NCBI GenBank assembly: GCA_030390025.1
Contig: CM059432.1
Span: 22,818,001 to 22,882,000, forward strand
Direction of reading: 5' to 3'
Source of the DNA: Squalus acanthias
Taxonomy: Eukaryota
DNA: 64,000 nucleotides
In this document: positions 9,762 to 21,989 of the stretch, one piece after another
Numbering within the stretch: the stretch's first letter is position 1
Layout of the letters: the number at the start of each line of letters is the position of its first letter
Position numbers and translations under genes: made by a program
Notes under the pieces: generated by a model
What the model was told of the DNA's origin: nothing
Seen by the model: only the letters and a program-made list of their open reading frames with translations
The model's database searches: none

Positions 9762-12700
9762 AATGCTGAGGGGTCATAATGTAAACCAGAGCCAGTGACA
9801 CAGTTCTCATACTGTCTTTAAACATAAATTGCTCAGTATATTAACCTGCGATGTTTCTACTCACCATTCGCATTTAAAAATAAATCATCGCTCGGTCATT
9901 ATATCTGAACATATTTGGTGGCGTGATGGTATAATGTCAGTTTAATCATAACTGTGAACTCTGCAAGGAACACACTGAACGGTGCTTTATGAAAACTGGA
10001 AGAAAATCTTATTTATGGTTGTAACTTTTTGTAATTTCCAAATTTTTCTCTTGAACTTTCTTGCTTCCTCCTCTACCTGAGTGCTACTTTATTTTCTTCA
10101 TTCCTACCTAACGTTAGACACGGGAATATGAGCAATGCCTCCAAGTGAAAATGCCATGCTCTATGAAAGCAGGGTACCAGTGCTTCCCATGGTGCCCACG
10201 TGCAACTGGTATTAAGGCCCGATTATGCTTGGTTGCCAAAACAAAAATGATAGAAACAAGATTTAGGTCTGGCTTCTTGAAATAATTCAAACAATCCATC
10301 AGCATCAATTTGAGTTGTGTGGTGTAGCTACAGTAAGCACCAACTAACCTTCAGTGACATTTACAAAGATTCACTAATGGATAGATCAATTGTATTAAAA
10401 ATGACCTTTATGCAAGTCTGGGGCAGTGTCTGATCAAAAGCAACATGCAGTTCATTGTCAAAGTGGATTCTGGTGTGAAATGTTACAGCTCGTGCCCTCT
10501 TCTCGAGTCCATTGACATATCATTCAATATGTAATGCAAGGTAAAGGTCAAAATGGGGGTTGTTGCGATTTGAATTTCTTATCAGATGGCTAATTCCCTT
10601 TGAGTGCATCATGTATGTGTGTCTTCCAATGGGTCACAGGCAGAAACTTGGTTTAGTGTTTTTCTAAACAGAAAAATGTCTAATTGTTACCTGCATCTGA
10701 ATTAATAAATTAATGCTGTCCTAATGTCAGTGTTCCCCATTTTAAGTGATTCATAATTAAGGGTTGATTCCTTGATCCTTCGCCCCCAGACAGGGAGCAT
10801 GGATCGGAGAATTGGTGCAAACTCTGGCTCATTCTTCCTGCAAGTGAGCATGGGATTGCTGCTTCATCCCTTTAATTCGAATTATTTCTTAATTTTCTGT
10901 TAACCCATCATGTTATATTCCAATAGGTGACAACTGCAGAATTGCCAGACCTTTGTGCAAGGAGCCCTATATCATGTTTATATATGGCATGATCTACAAA
11001 TAGCTGTGGTTGAACCAAGATCGTATATTTTACCACCCCCCCTCCACCCTCGTTCTTCATACTATCAGGAAGAAATCAAACGATAAGGCTCTTTTTGCAG
11101 CTCCGATACCATCCCGCAATGATTTTAACGCCAAGTGGTTGAGGCGTCCAGCTGATTCGCGCGAGGTCCTATTGAGATTATTTATTTTAGTTTGCTGAGT
11201 GTTGCAGGCCTATCTCCAACTTGCTTTCCCTTCAAGCCCAACTTCCTGGTGCAGAATCAATGAATTTACTCTCCCAAGGATGGCAACTCACATGACTCAA
11301 CAAGTAAATACTCCAAGTAAACAAATCATAAAGTATCAAAATCTTTCAGACAAGCTGTTGTCTTAACAGTTCTTCCAGATCTTGTCACAACTCCCTCATG
11401 TGTGAACCCTTAGTTCCACAGACAATCCTATCTCTGATCAAAAGACTCTCCTTAAAACCTACCTCTTTAAACAAGCTTTTAGTCACCCATCCTAATACCT
11501 CCTTCTCTGGCTCAGTGTTAACGTTTATCTGATAATGCTCCTGTGAAGCACCTTGGGACATTTTCCTACATTAAAAGTTCCATATAAACGCAAGTTGTTG
11601 TTGTTATAACTGCAGTTATCCTTTCCGCTGATTCAGAGCTGGGGTATGTGATTTGCTTTGATTTCTAACTGTTTTGGTAGTTTTAAGTGTTCCATAGATG
11701 CAAACCTCTGGTGTCCTTATTACATCAGCTTGGCTTAGTTGATAGGACTCTTGCCTCTGAGTCAGATGAGTTTGAGTTACAGGGGCGGAATTATTCTTCC
11801 GTTGGCAGGTTTGCAGAAGGCAGGACCTGCACCACCCCACGTGACTCCACTACTAACTTGCTGAAATCTCCTTCTGGGGTTCTCAGTAACCCTACAGGAT
11901 AGGTTAGTAGTAGTTTAGGTGTCGGCTTGGCTCAGTGATAGCACTCTCATCTCAGGAGTCATGAAGGTCACAGGTTCAAGCTCCACTCCAGTGGGTAGTC
12001 TGAAGCTGAAATTGATCTTTGAACTGATGATGTAGGAAAGAACAAGGTTGCGAGATACCCTAGTTGTTTATACATATTTACTTGGATTAGGATTTGGTTT
12101 AATTTCATATGATTAAAGTTTTTGGTTTCTATTTACTTATAGAAAACTTGTAGATTTGAACTGTAGCTAGAAATAATAAAATGGCTAAAACATTTTCATT
12201 TCCAGGATGTTTTAGGGTTTCATGTGTCAGGGTATAATTTAACTGACACTGCTTTTAACTGTTTGCTGAAACTACAGGATGTGTAAGATTCATGTCTCTT
12301 GTCTTATTTTTGTGGCCACATTGTAAGACGACGTAGCCAAGACAGTTTTGAGATAATAAGTGGAACAATGGAGACAGGATGGTAACAAGTTGGCATCTGT
12401 TGTTTTGAAGAAATACTTGCTTACTGGGGTCTTGTTCACAATAACACTTGCCATGCCATAATGAATCAGCAATGACAGTGTTCATGAGAAACAGACTATA
12501 AAGATCTTAAGCTTTTCTTTAACAAGTTGTAGAGAGAGTCGGGTTTGAAAGAGATTGACAAAGTCACGTCTCTACCCAGGGAAAAGGACGGGCTAAATAA
12601 TTTATTCCTCTGTATGCCTACTGCTTTAAAACATTGTGTGTCTGGATTTGGTCGAATACAATAAACTGAGAAACATTGCAAACCTATAATCGGTGTTGGA

Positions 12701-13910
12701 ATCGAACTGCTTACAAGATCAAGGTCTCATGCAGAGAGTTTGAGCAGTTAGGTGTCAGATAAAAAAGCAGTACCTCCAGATTAGTAACCTTAGAATTACT
12801 CCTGGACTAGTTAGGAAGAAGCAGATTAGAAATATCAATGCATGGCTTGACAGAAGGCGTGCAATAGAGTTTTCAGATTTCTAGAGCATTTATCAAAATT
12901 TTCTGTTCTCCGGAAGGGTTACACACGGAAAACACTATGGGGCAGAAATTCATCAGTGCCCGGGTGCATGGGTGGCAATGCGGCCGCAATGTGTACTCAA
13001 AGCGGGAGGCTCAAGGCTAGCCGGCCGGGAATTGGACCCCTGACCGCTGTCAGCACCTCCACAGGCAGCTCACCTATTTGAACAAATTGAATACCAAATT
13101 GCTTGCCTCACAGGCAGCAACGCAAAGCTAAGCCTTGGGGGGGATAGAGGGTCAGCGGGGAGTGATCAGGCTATTGTTGAGTCAGGGGAGCCCTCCAGTG
13201 GGGTGGGAGGGAAAGAAAAACATAAACCTTTAGTTTTAATTGTTTCTTAGTTTTATATTTGTATTGTCTATATCGCAAGCATCCCTATCTGGCTTTCTTA
13301 ACAGATATTTCTTTGTTTTTTCCATTCTCCCATTCTCTCTCTGGATTTAACCTTGGCTGTGGGCCAAGCTAACACTCAGCTTGAGTTCCCTCCTCACCAG
13401 TCCTACGCACTTATGTTACATCTTTTGGCAGATGGAGAAAAAGAGAAGCTGTTTGGAGAGGAGCCAAGCTCTCTGATCTTGAAGCTGTTGCCATTCCCAT
13501 TTTATACTGGGAAGTAGAACAGCCACCTTGCTCCCAATTGTGATTCACATAATTATTTTTTCCAATTTACTTCTACTTCCTCCAAACGAGCTCAGCCAGT
13601 TTTCTTTCCCCAAGAGAAACAGGCTGTGGTGACCTCACCTCAATTTCTTCTATTGCCCATATTAATTGTCCATTCAATACTGCTCCACCATGTTGACTAG
13701 TCTGGGCATTTACTCGAAATTTCTACCTAGATCATTTTATCCAGAGCTCTACTTTAAAATAAGATATCTGCTTCTCCAAGAGAGTCGTACAAAAACAAAA
13801 TCTTGTATTAAAGAGAATAAATGGTTGTTAAAGTGCTTGTCACTAAAATTACTGCAGAGAACAAGTTAATACTTGATTAGTTAAAGGGGACTCATGTATA
13901 CAGGCACTGT

Positions 13911-14656
13911 GGGCTGGATTTTCATTGACCCGTGGAGGCGGGTTTGGAGGCGTGTGGGGGGGTTAAAATTGCGAAAACTGGTGGGCGGGCACAAGCCCGC
14001 CTCCATGCAATTTTCATTAAATCATGTCTGCTGGTCCCGACTCCGTCCCGCCTCTAAGAGGCAGGATAGGCTGTTAAGGCCCTTAACAAGCACTAAATTG
14101 CCTCTATAATGCCATTTTGAAAGGCCTTTGTGATTTTAACCCTTTTTCTACGTGAAGCATGCCTGTTCTGAACCACGAATGTGAAACCTGGTGGGAGCAC
14201 AGCTGGCTGGCCGGCCGGCCGATCTGGGAGTGGTGATGGATGGATGGAATGAATAGCTGGGAGTGGTGGTGGATGGATGGAATGAATATCTGGGAGTGGT
14301 GGTGGATGGGAGACATATCTGGGAGTGGTGGTGGATGGGAGACATATCTGGGAGTGGTGGTGCAAAAATATCTGGGAGCAGACTTAGGGCTGCTGCTGCT
14401 CATTTTGCATCCAGGTCCTCTCACAGCAAAGGCCAGGCAGTCTTTGCAGACCTTCAATGCAGCAGCAATGATGACATCATCAGAGGCGACTTTCAGACTG
14501 AAAACACTAATTGGGTCATGGGTTCCCACATGCTGGAACTCAATTGCCCAATTAGGTGAAAATCGCATCAATCTCCCACATCCAATTGCAGTCAGGTGGA
14601 TAACACGAAAAGTGGATGACACGACCCCAACCCGCCCCAGTATCAAAATCCAGCCC
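13911..14656. mobile_element. PIF/Harbinger MITE family A, copy 2
   Basis: 12-bp TIR, perfect TGT TSD, expanded internal GGGAGTGGTGGT minisatellite. Confidence 0.92.
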
Positions 14657-14909
14657 TGTCTGTTTCTATATAATCACGGATTGTAGCAGCTTTACTGCAC
14701 AAGATCTGCCACAGAACTATACTTTCCCAATTACCGCTACACAGCTCTTCCATACAATGCAAATAAGTGAATGTTGGTAAAATTTACAGGGAAAAGTGTA
14801 CCAAGTAGATGTTAAGGCCACAAGAAACAATGTCTTATCAGCAACTGAGCTACCGTAAATTGGCAAGTTCAATAGTACAGCGTTTCTACTTTATAAAGTC
14901 TGGAAACAA

Positions 14910-15660
14910 GCAGCAGGCTGATCAGCCACACAAGCGTCAGGCAATGACCATCTCCAACAAGAGAGAGCGTAACTACCTCCCCTTGACATTCAATTCAAGG
15001 TTATTACCATCACCGAGTCACCCACTATCAACATCCTGGCGATCACCATAGACCAGAAACTGAACTGGACCAGCCACAGAAATACTGTTGCTACTAGAGC
15101 AGGTCAGAGACTGGGTGTTCTGCGGCAAGTCGCTCACCTCTTGACTCCCCAAAGCCTCTCTACCACCTACAAGGTACAAGTCAGGAGTATGATGGAATAC
15201 TCTTCATTTGCCTGGAAGGGTGCAGCTCGAACAACACTCAAGAAGCTCAGTACTATCCAGGACAAAGCAGACGGCTTGATCGGCACCCCATCTACTGTCT
15301 TAAACATGAACTCCCTCCACTATCTACGGAATGCACTGCAGCAAATCACCAGGCTTTTTCAGCAACACGTTCCAAATCCACAACCTCCACCACCTTGAAG
15401 GACAAGGGCAGCAGGAGCAGGGGAACACCACCACCTGCAAGTTTATCTATAGGCCCAAACCATCCTGACTTATACATACATCGCTGTTCCTTCATTGTCC
15501 CTGGGTCAAAATCTTGCAACACCCTACCTATTTGCATTGTGAGAGGACTTTTGCAACATGGACTGCAACGATTCAAGCTGAAGGCTTCTCAAGGGCAACT
15601 AGGGATGACAATAAATGCTAGCCTTGCCAGCGACACCCACATCCCAAGAATAATGTTTTT
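14910..15660 (+). mobile_element. CR1-group LINE 3' fragment
   Basis: LTPQSLSTTYKVQVRSMMEYS..AW..TTLKKLSTIQDKA, the same family as 57175-60130. Confidence 0.8.
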
Positions 15661-16071
15661 TGAAGCATCTGAAAGAGAAAGACAGGCCAATGATTTGGGT
15701 GTAATGGTTCTGATGAAGAGGTTAGCTCAGCTGCAAAGGAAGCAGAAGTTGAGGATAAAACAATAAGGAGTAGAGAAAATACGTTGAAAAATAATACGCT
15801 ACACTTAAAATTTGCTTCCAAATATCAAGGAGCTCATTTAGCAAGAAATGCTCCTCCAAATAAAAGTAATATCTCATCATATTTAAACAAAATAAATGAT
15901 GAAGATATCTTGCCACTACTACCTTCTGAATGTCCCTTCCACATTAATATTACTTCTGTAATAAGGCCAAACCTTAATTGCTCTATTTAACTAACTGCCT
16001 TGCGTTATTTAACACAATTATGGATGACCTTAATGTTCGAAGAGGAAAATTTTTATTAATTGTTAGACATA

Positions 16072-16370
16072 GGGCTCGATTTTGTCATGGGGTGGGCTGG
16101 GGTCGTGTCATCTGCTTTTCGTGTTAGCCACCCGACTCCAATTGGATGTGGGAGAATTATTTGATTTTCCCCTAATTGGGCAATTGAGTTCCAGCATGTG
16201 GGAACCCATGACCCAATTAGTTTTTTCAGTCTGAAAGTTGCCTCTGATGATGTCATCATTGCTGCTGCATTTAAGGTCTGCAAAGATTGGGAACCTTTTG
16301 GCCTTTGCTGTGAGAGGGACCTGGAGGCAAAATGAGCAGCAGGAGACCTAAGTCTGCTCCCAGATTTTTT

Positions 16371-16407
<37 letters not shown>

Positions 16408-16825
16408 CCTCCAGGCTCCAAAGTTCCACAACAATGGTTATGACTGCTAAAAGTTCCCCCAGAATGATGATTCATCAAATCTCCTTCTTAATGGTGGACC
16501 TGCAGCTGATAGTCAGCAATTCAAGTGTGCTACCGCTAGGTTTCACCGTCGTGTTTCAGAGGAGGCGTGCATCACGTCGGAAAAGTGTTAAAATCAGAAA
16601 GGCCTCTCAAAATGGGATTATAGAGGCAATTAAGTGGTTCTTAAGGGCCTTAAGGGCCTATCCCGCCTCTTGGAGGCGGGACGGAGACAGGATCAGAAAC
16701 AACGCATTTGGGAAAATTGCTCGGAGGTGGGATGGAGGCAGGGTCAGGCCTGCCCGCCATTTTTGCAATTTTAACACCCCACACGCCTCCATTCCCGCCT
16801 CCTTGGGCCTGGCAAAATCGCGCCC
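16072..16825. mobile_element. PIF/Harbinger MITE family A, diverged copy in opposite orientation
   Basis: TIR GGGCTCGATTTTG / CAAAATCGCGCCC, ATA TSD, internal similarity to the other copies in reverse, (ACT)n microsatellite near 16380-16406. Confidence 0.85.
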
Positions 16826-17487
16826 ATAGTGTACGTAAGATTGCTTCACCAAATTGTTTACTAGCCTATTGTGCTGCCTGAGTGCCCTCTCTTGGATAAA
16901 AATGGTGTGGAGATGCCGGTGTTGGACTGGGGTGGACAAATGTGAGAAGTCGCACAACACCAGGTTATAGTCCAAGGGGGAAAAATTCAGTTGGTTGCGC
17001 CTCCCGTTAGCGCCTTAAGAGGGCGCTAATGGGGCGTTAAGCCGCTAACGCCCGGGCGCAGCGCTGTTTGCGCCGCTCGAGAACTTAACTTGAGATTGTG
17101 CGGCGGCGCTAAAACTTACCGCTGCGACCACCTGCGCGCGCAGATTGTGACGTCATTCCATGGTGCAACGCCCTTGGGGCGCCCCGGAGCGGAAATTGAG
17201 TGGCGCCCCCTGCCTTACCGCCTGGCGCTTCCAACGACCGGAAGACTGGAACGTTATCAATCGGTGTGGGGCTGGGGGGGGCGCTATTTAAAGGGGGCCT
17301 CTTCCTGTCTTTTTCTGTGGTCGACATTTATGCACCACTCGTTCTGAGAGAGAGAGAGAGATTCGGAGAGAGAGAGAGAGAGACTTCTACATTGACTCAA
17401 CGCTTTGTGAGGTAGTTTGGCCTAGTTCATCCTAACTTTGCTGCTACTTTAGTTGCTGTACCTCATTACTTTTCTGGCAAAGAGAAT

Positions 17488-18648
17488 ATGGGGGCTGCAA
17501 TGATTGGGGGCGTCGTCCTGCTCCAGCTCAATCGGAGGATAGTGAGACGCAGACAGAGAGTGGCAATGATGGCCAGACGGAGGAGGGCCATCAGGCGCAT
17601 GTACAGGAGAGCTTACCCTCCCAGGGTATATCGTGAACAGCTCTCCTACATCCATATGTCCGAGGAGCTGTGTTTGCGAAGGCTGCGATTCAGCAAGGAG
17701 GTGGTCACTGAGCTCTGCCACCTGCTGCAGCCAGATCTGCAGCCTCAGCTGAGGTCCAGGACGTCTCTGTCGGTGGCAGTGAAGGTCACAGTGGCTTTGA
17801 ACTTCTACGCCACTGGCTCATTCCAAGCTGCTGTTGGGGACCTCGCCAATATCTCCCAGTTTGCGGTGCATCGCTGCATCCGGCAGGTCACCAATGCCCT
17901 CTTCAGAAGGAGACGAGACTTCATCTCCTTCCCTATGACCCCAGACAAGCAGCATGACCGTGCTATGGGCTTTGCGAGGGTAGCGGGCTTCCCCATGGTG
18001 CAGGGCGCCATTGACTGCACGCATGTGGCTTTGCGTGCTCCGCGAGAGAATGCAGAGGAGTTCCGGAACAGAAAGGGGTTCCATTCCTTGAATGTGCAGT
18101 TGGTCTGTGACCACAGACAGGTGATTCTCGCTGTCAATGCCCACTATCCGGGCAGCTGCCACGATGCTTTCATCCTGCGCCAGAGTACTGTGGCAGAAAT
18201 TTTCGAGGCACCGCATCAGCCAGTTGGTTGGCTTCTGGGGGACAAGGGGTACGCATTGAGCACCTGGCTGATGACACCGCTCCGTGCGCCAAACACCCCT
18301 GCTGAGCTGCGGTACCAGGAAAGCCATCAAGCAACCAGGAACATTATTGAGCGCACAATCGGCGTGCTGAAACAACGATTCCGCTGTCTGGACCATTCCG
18401 GAGGAGCCCTGCAGTACTCGCCTGAGCAAGTTTCGAACTTCATAGTCGTGTGCTGCATGTTGCACAACATGGCAATCCTCAGGACGCAGCCAATGCCACC
18501 AGGCCTTGCAGCACCACAAGAGGAGGAGGAGGAAGAGGAGGAACAGGACGAGGACGATGATCAGCAGCAGCACCAAGGCAGGAGGGCGGCCCACAATGGT
18601 CAAACTGCAAGGGCCGTCCGTCAACGACTAATAGCAAGCCGCTTCTAG
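17488..18648 (+). CDS. Harbinger DDE transposase (HARBI1-like nuclease), 386 aa
   Basis: Uninterrupted ORF with GFPMVQGAIDCTHV, NRKGFHSLNVQLVCD, YPGSCHDAFIL, GWLLGDKGY, IERTIGVLKQRFRCL and CCMLHN. Confidence 0.95.
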   Translation: MGAAMIGGVVLLQLNRRIVRRRQRVAMMARRRRAIRRMYRRAYPPRVYREQLSYIHMSEELCLRRLRFSKEVVTELCHLLQPDLQPQLRSRTSLSVAVKVTVALNFYATGSFQAAVGDLANISQFAVHRCIRQVTNALFRRRRDFISFPMTPDKQHDRAMGFARVAGFPMVQGAIDCTHVALRAPRENAEEFRNRKGFHSLNVQLVCDHRQVILAVNAHYPGSCHDAFILRQSTVAEIFEAPHQPVGWLLGDKGYALSTWLMTPLRAPNTPAELRYQESHQATRNIIERTIGVLKQRFRCLDHSGGALQYSPEQVSNFIVVCCMLHNMAILRTQPMPPGLAAPQEEEEEEEEQDEDDDQQQHQGRRAAHNGQTARAVRQRLIASRF

Positions 18649-18942
18649 GGCCCCTGCCATTGCTACAAACACGAATCAACCCAGCACGCAACCCCTAAGC
18701 CGGCCAAGGCACCAATAATTCCAACCACCAGCCATGTATATTTTGAATACAGAAACTTATTTATTGTACAAACTCTGTGTGTGTCAATTCCTCATGACAA
18801 ACTCATAGAAATAAACACAAAAAAACAGTCAATAACATAACTGGTTCTCACAACCTGGAGATAATGTCCAAAACACTAAACAAAAGTTGGGCCATGAACC
18901 TCGGCCTTCAATAAAAAAATGACCAGCATTTTGGCACACCTC

Positions 18943-20927
18943 CTACTTTTTGCCCTTCGAGGGTGATCTCCTTCCCTTGCGCACTTCCCCCCTTCTAACC
19001 CTACTGCTCCTCCGTAATGGGACCTCAGTGGCTGCAGCAAGGCTGGTGGAAGGCTGCTGCTCGTCAGACCCTGACACTGCAGATGCCCCTGAAGGACGGC
19101 CTCGAGCACTTCTGGGCCTGGAGGGCCCGGCTGCAGACTGCACCAACTCTGCATGGGCGGCAGCAGTCTGTCCTACAGGCGGTGGCAAGTGCAGTGGAGA
19201 AGTGACAGTGTTGGCAGCAGGAATGCTGTCATCGTGAGAGAGGACAGCAACTCCCTGCTCGCCCGACACACTGGCACTCCCACGGGGCAGCACTTCAGCA
19301 TCCGGAGCAATTTGCCGGAGAACAGATTGCTGGCCTGCTGCGGCGCGGTGACAGCCCCGGGGACATGTGCACGAACCATCGAGGATGGCAGCAGTCAGTG
19401 CTCGCGTGGCCTCAATCTGAGTCTGCATGAGAGCAGTCTCAGATGGGTTCCTGGCAGCCAGTGACTGAATTGCAGCACTAAGCTTTAGTGTGGCATCCGC
19501 CTGTGCTACAGCGAAGTGCTCCACACTCCTTGCCAGTGCCTCAATGCATTCGGGCACCCTTCCCACTGCACCCATGAGCTCAGTGTGCATGCCCACCGCC
19601 TGGCTGTTCATTTCTGCAATCAGCCGCTCCTCCTCTGCGTCCATTGCAGTAGGAGTGTCTGGCATACTCTCCCTCTGGGGAGAAGGCTCCCGTTCTTCCC
19701 TCCCCCCCCCATGGCGTTGCTGCAGCCCGCTGGGTCCTGGAGCTTCACCATCATCAGCCCCTTCCCCCCTGCTCCCCTCCGGGGAAGGCGTGTTCCCAGT
19801 GTGGCCATGGGCTTCCTCGGGAGAGGGTGGCACTGATGCTCCGGCTTCCTCTTCCTCCTCAGCTGCAGCATCACTCCCAGTGGCAGCTTCAGGGACCATC
19901 TCCTCAGCTGGTGAATCACCATCTGAAAGCAGGGAGGTACAAGAGTGGCTTTAGCGTGAGGACAGGGTGGCAGTAAGGGAGGAATAAGTGCAGCGAGTTA
20001 GCAAGTTGGATTGAAAGTGTCAAAGGCTGGTATTGTGAGGGACAAGTGGAAGGACAGAGGACAAAAAGGTGATGACCTTACCATTGCTGTCCACAACGGG
20101 GTCGGCATCCCCAGTGGCGACGGGACCGATCACCCGGCTTGCCACAATCCTGTGGACGCGCTCCTCCAGATCGCTGAGGGGTTGCAGCTGAAGCCGCCCT
20201 CCACCCGTCCGTTGCTGCTGTCTCCGATTATGAGCCAGCTTAGCCTGCAAGAAAAAGGACAGCATCTGAGTAAATATACAGCCATGGTCTTGCCTGATGT
20301 GCCTCCCATAGGTGAATAGCCCTTACAATATGCAGCCATGGTCTTGCCTGATGTGCCTCCCATAGGTGAATAGCCCTTACAATATGCAGCCATGGTCTTG
20401 CCTGATGTGCCTCCCATAGGTGAATAGCCCTTACAATATGCAGCCATGGTCTTGCCTGATGTGCCTCCCATAGGTGAATAGCCCTTACAATATGCAGCCA
20501 TGGTCTTGCCTGATGTGCCTCCCATAGGTGAATAGCCCTTACTGTATGCAAAGTGTGGAATGTGTGTGTGTGTTTGATGAAAGGGCCATAGGTGTTGCAT
20601 GAGTGTTGTGCATTGGGGTTTTAAGACCCTCTGGCCATATAGTGAGGTTGAGATGGAGGGATGGAGAGGTATTGAGAAAAAGCCACTCACCCTGACGACC
20701 CGAGTGAGGTTGTTGAATTTTTTGCGGCACTGAACATGGGTCCTGGGCACCATGCTCCTGGAGGAGACGCTCTGAGCCACCTCCCTCCACACTCTTCTGA
20801 ACTCGCGTGGCAAAGGCCTCCTGCCACTCTCCGGGAACAGCATGCATCGTCTGCGCTCCACTGCGCCAACCAGAGCATCCAAGGCCCGCTCGGTGAAGCG
20901 ATGAGCGCGTTCTCTCACCCTCTCCAT
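18943..20927 (-). CDS. Harbinger Myb/SANT-like DNA-binding protein, 3 exons (20927-20691, 20244-20082, 19922-18943), 459 aa
   Basis: Exon 1 reads MERVRERAHRFTERALDAL..WREVAQ..RTHVQCRKKFNNL. GT-AG junctions are AGG|GTGAGT, TTGCAG|GCT, AATG|GTAAGG and TTTCAG|AT. Phases are consistent (237+163+980=1380 nt) with no internal stops. C-terminus is basic. Confidence 0.85.
20279..20542. repeat. 54-bp perfect tandem repeat (~4.9 copies) in intron 1 of the Myb gene
   Basis: Unit cagccatggtcttgcctgatgtgcctcccataggtgaatagcccttacaatatg starts at 20279, 20333, 20387, 20441 and 20495. Confidence 0.95.
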
Positions 20928-21302
20928 GCTTGGCAGCAAAATGGATTACAGGTCTCTCCAGGCTGAGATTCAAGGCTGCAATGAGCAGGGTGTGGCTGGG
21001 GAGCAAGTGGCCCCCCCCGCTTTAAGAAGTGTCCGGCGCCAGTGTGTCTGTGTTCCCTCGCTAACTGGCAGCAGCTGCGCTGCGCTCGTGCGCTGAGGTA
21101 GCGCCTCACTCCTAGGCCTTTGCGCCTTAAGAGAGGTGTGCAGCGCCTAATTTAGCGCTCCACTCACCTCCCGGGGCGGTAAAAGTGAAGTTTCCTGTCA
21201 GTGCCGATAATTAGCGCCAGGCGCTAATATTTGCGCTCGGACGATATTTGCGCCCCAAATGGGGCGCGACCTAATTTCTACCCCCAACAGTTTTATTTGA
21301 AA

Positions 21303-21379
21303 TCACAAGCTTTCGGAGCGACTGCTCCTTCGTCAGGTGAAGTCACTTGACGAAGGAGCAGCGCTCCGAAAGCTTGTGA
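21303..21379. ncRNA. Back-to-back hammerhead ribozyme motifs (minus 21303-21340, plus 21343-21379)
   Basis: Minus: UCAC-CUGACGA-A-GGAGC-AGUC-GCUCC-GAAAGCUU-GUGA. The plus copy has UUGACGA (core C>U). Confidence 0.7.
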
Positions 21380-21989
21380 TTTCAAATAAAGCTGTTGGAC
21401 TATAACCTGGTGTTGTGCGACTTCTCACATTGGATAAAAATGACACCAATTTCATTTAATTGCATTTGAGGTAAAAGCTGTTTTTGAAACACTTAAATGT
21501 TGTGCTTCTGCACACTCTTCCTTCTCCCTCTCACCTCACAAACAAAATGGATACAGCGATGCTGTGTGTTATTTGCCCTCTTTGTTCCTCAATTCCTCAA
21601 GATTTTTGAATCTTCTCTCTCCATTTTATCAATACAACTTTGGACTTTGCAATTGAACTTTCCTCTTTTCTTCCTCTTAAGTTTCAAATACACTTTCATA
21701 CATGCTCTTCCTTCTTCCTGACTTCCACCTCATTCTTGATTTTTTTTGCCTGAATGAATTTTGGTGATCTTATTCATAACCTTGACACTTCAATTAGATC
21801 ACTCAGTCTTCTCTTTGTAAAGAAAGCCTTCCTTTCTATCTGCATTCCATTAGCTTTTAAAACCCACTCTGGAAATACCTAACCACTAATCCTTGATTTA
21901 CCTTGTCTAGTTTAATCTTATACTCTTTTCAGCCTTGGAGACATCCTGCACAATAGGCACCGGGCTTTCACTTAGACTCCTCACTCTCC

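Larger units (their letters stand above)
16976..21284. mobile_element. Autonomous PIF/Harbinger DNA transposon, apparently intact (4309 bp)
   Basis: Imperfect TIRs GGGGGAAAAATT / AATTTCTACCCC, CAA TSD (restores gtccaacag of the Penelope target), and two convergent intact genes. Confidence 0.93.
16905..21429. mobile_element. Short Penelope fold-back element (~215 bp excluding the insertion), interrupted by the Harbinger
   Basis: ~90-bp inverted arms (16940-16975 plus 21288-21340, versus 21343-21430) and a ~35-nt unpaired tail. Flanking 13-bp duplication TTGGATAAAAATG (16892-16904 and 21430-21442). Confidence 0.8.

Noticed and set aside
11919..11992. tRNA gene
   Set aside because: It is a degenerate SINE head (also at 11725, 8652 and 63092) without a convincing cloverleaf.
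14104..14686. His/Trp-rich ORFs recurring at 2802, 14104, 16056 and 23424
   Set aside because: They are chance frames in MITE family A and its minisatellite.
17818..18624. 268-aa antisense ORF
   Set aside because: It is a shadow frame of the GC-rich transposase with no recognisable motif.
17488..18648. Domesticated host HARBI1 gene
   Set aside because: It is flanked by TIRs and a TSD, paired with a Myb gene and inserted in a Penelope hairpin, so it is a transposon.
20279..20542. CRISPR-like array
   Set aside because: Units are identical and contiguous with no spacers, there are no cas genes, and the context is a eukaryotic intron.
20130..20939. 269-aa single-exon Myb protein with 18-aa repeats
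   Set aside because: This is read-through of intron 1. The spliced model has better splice signals and matches the homologue at 44023.
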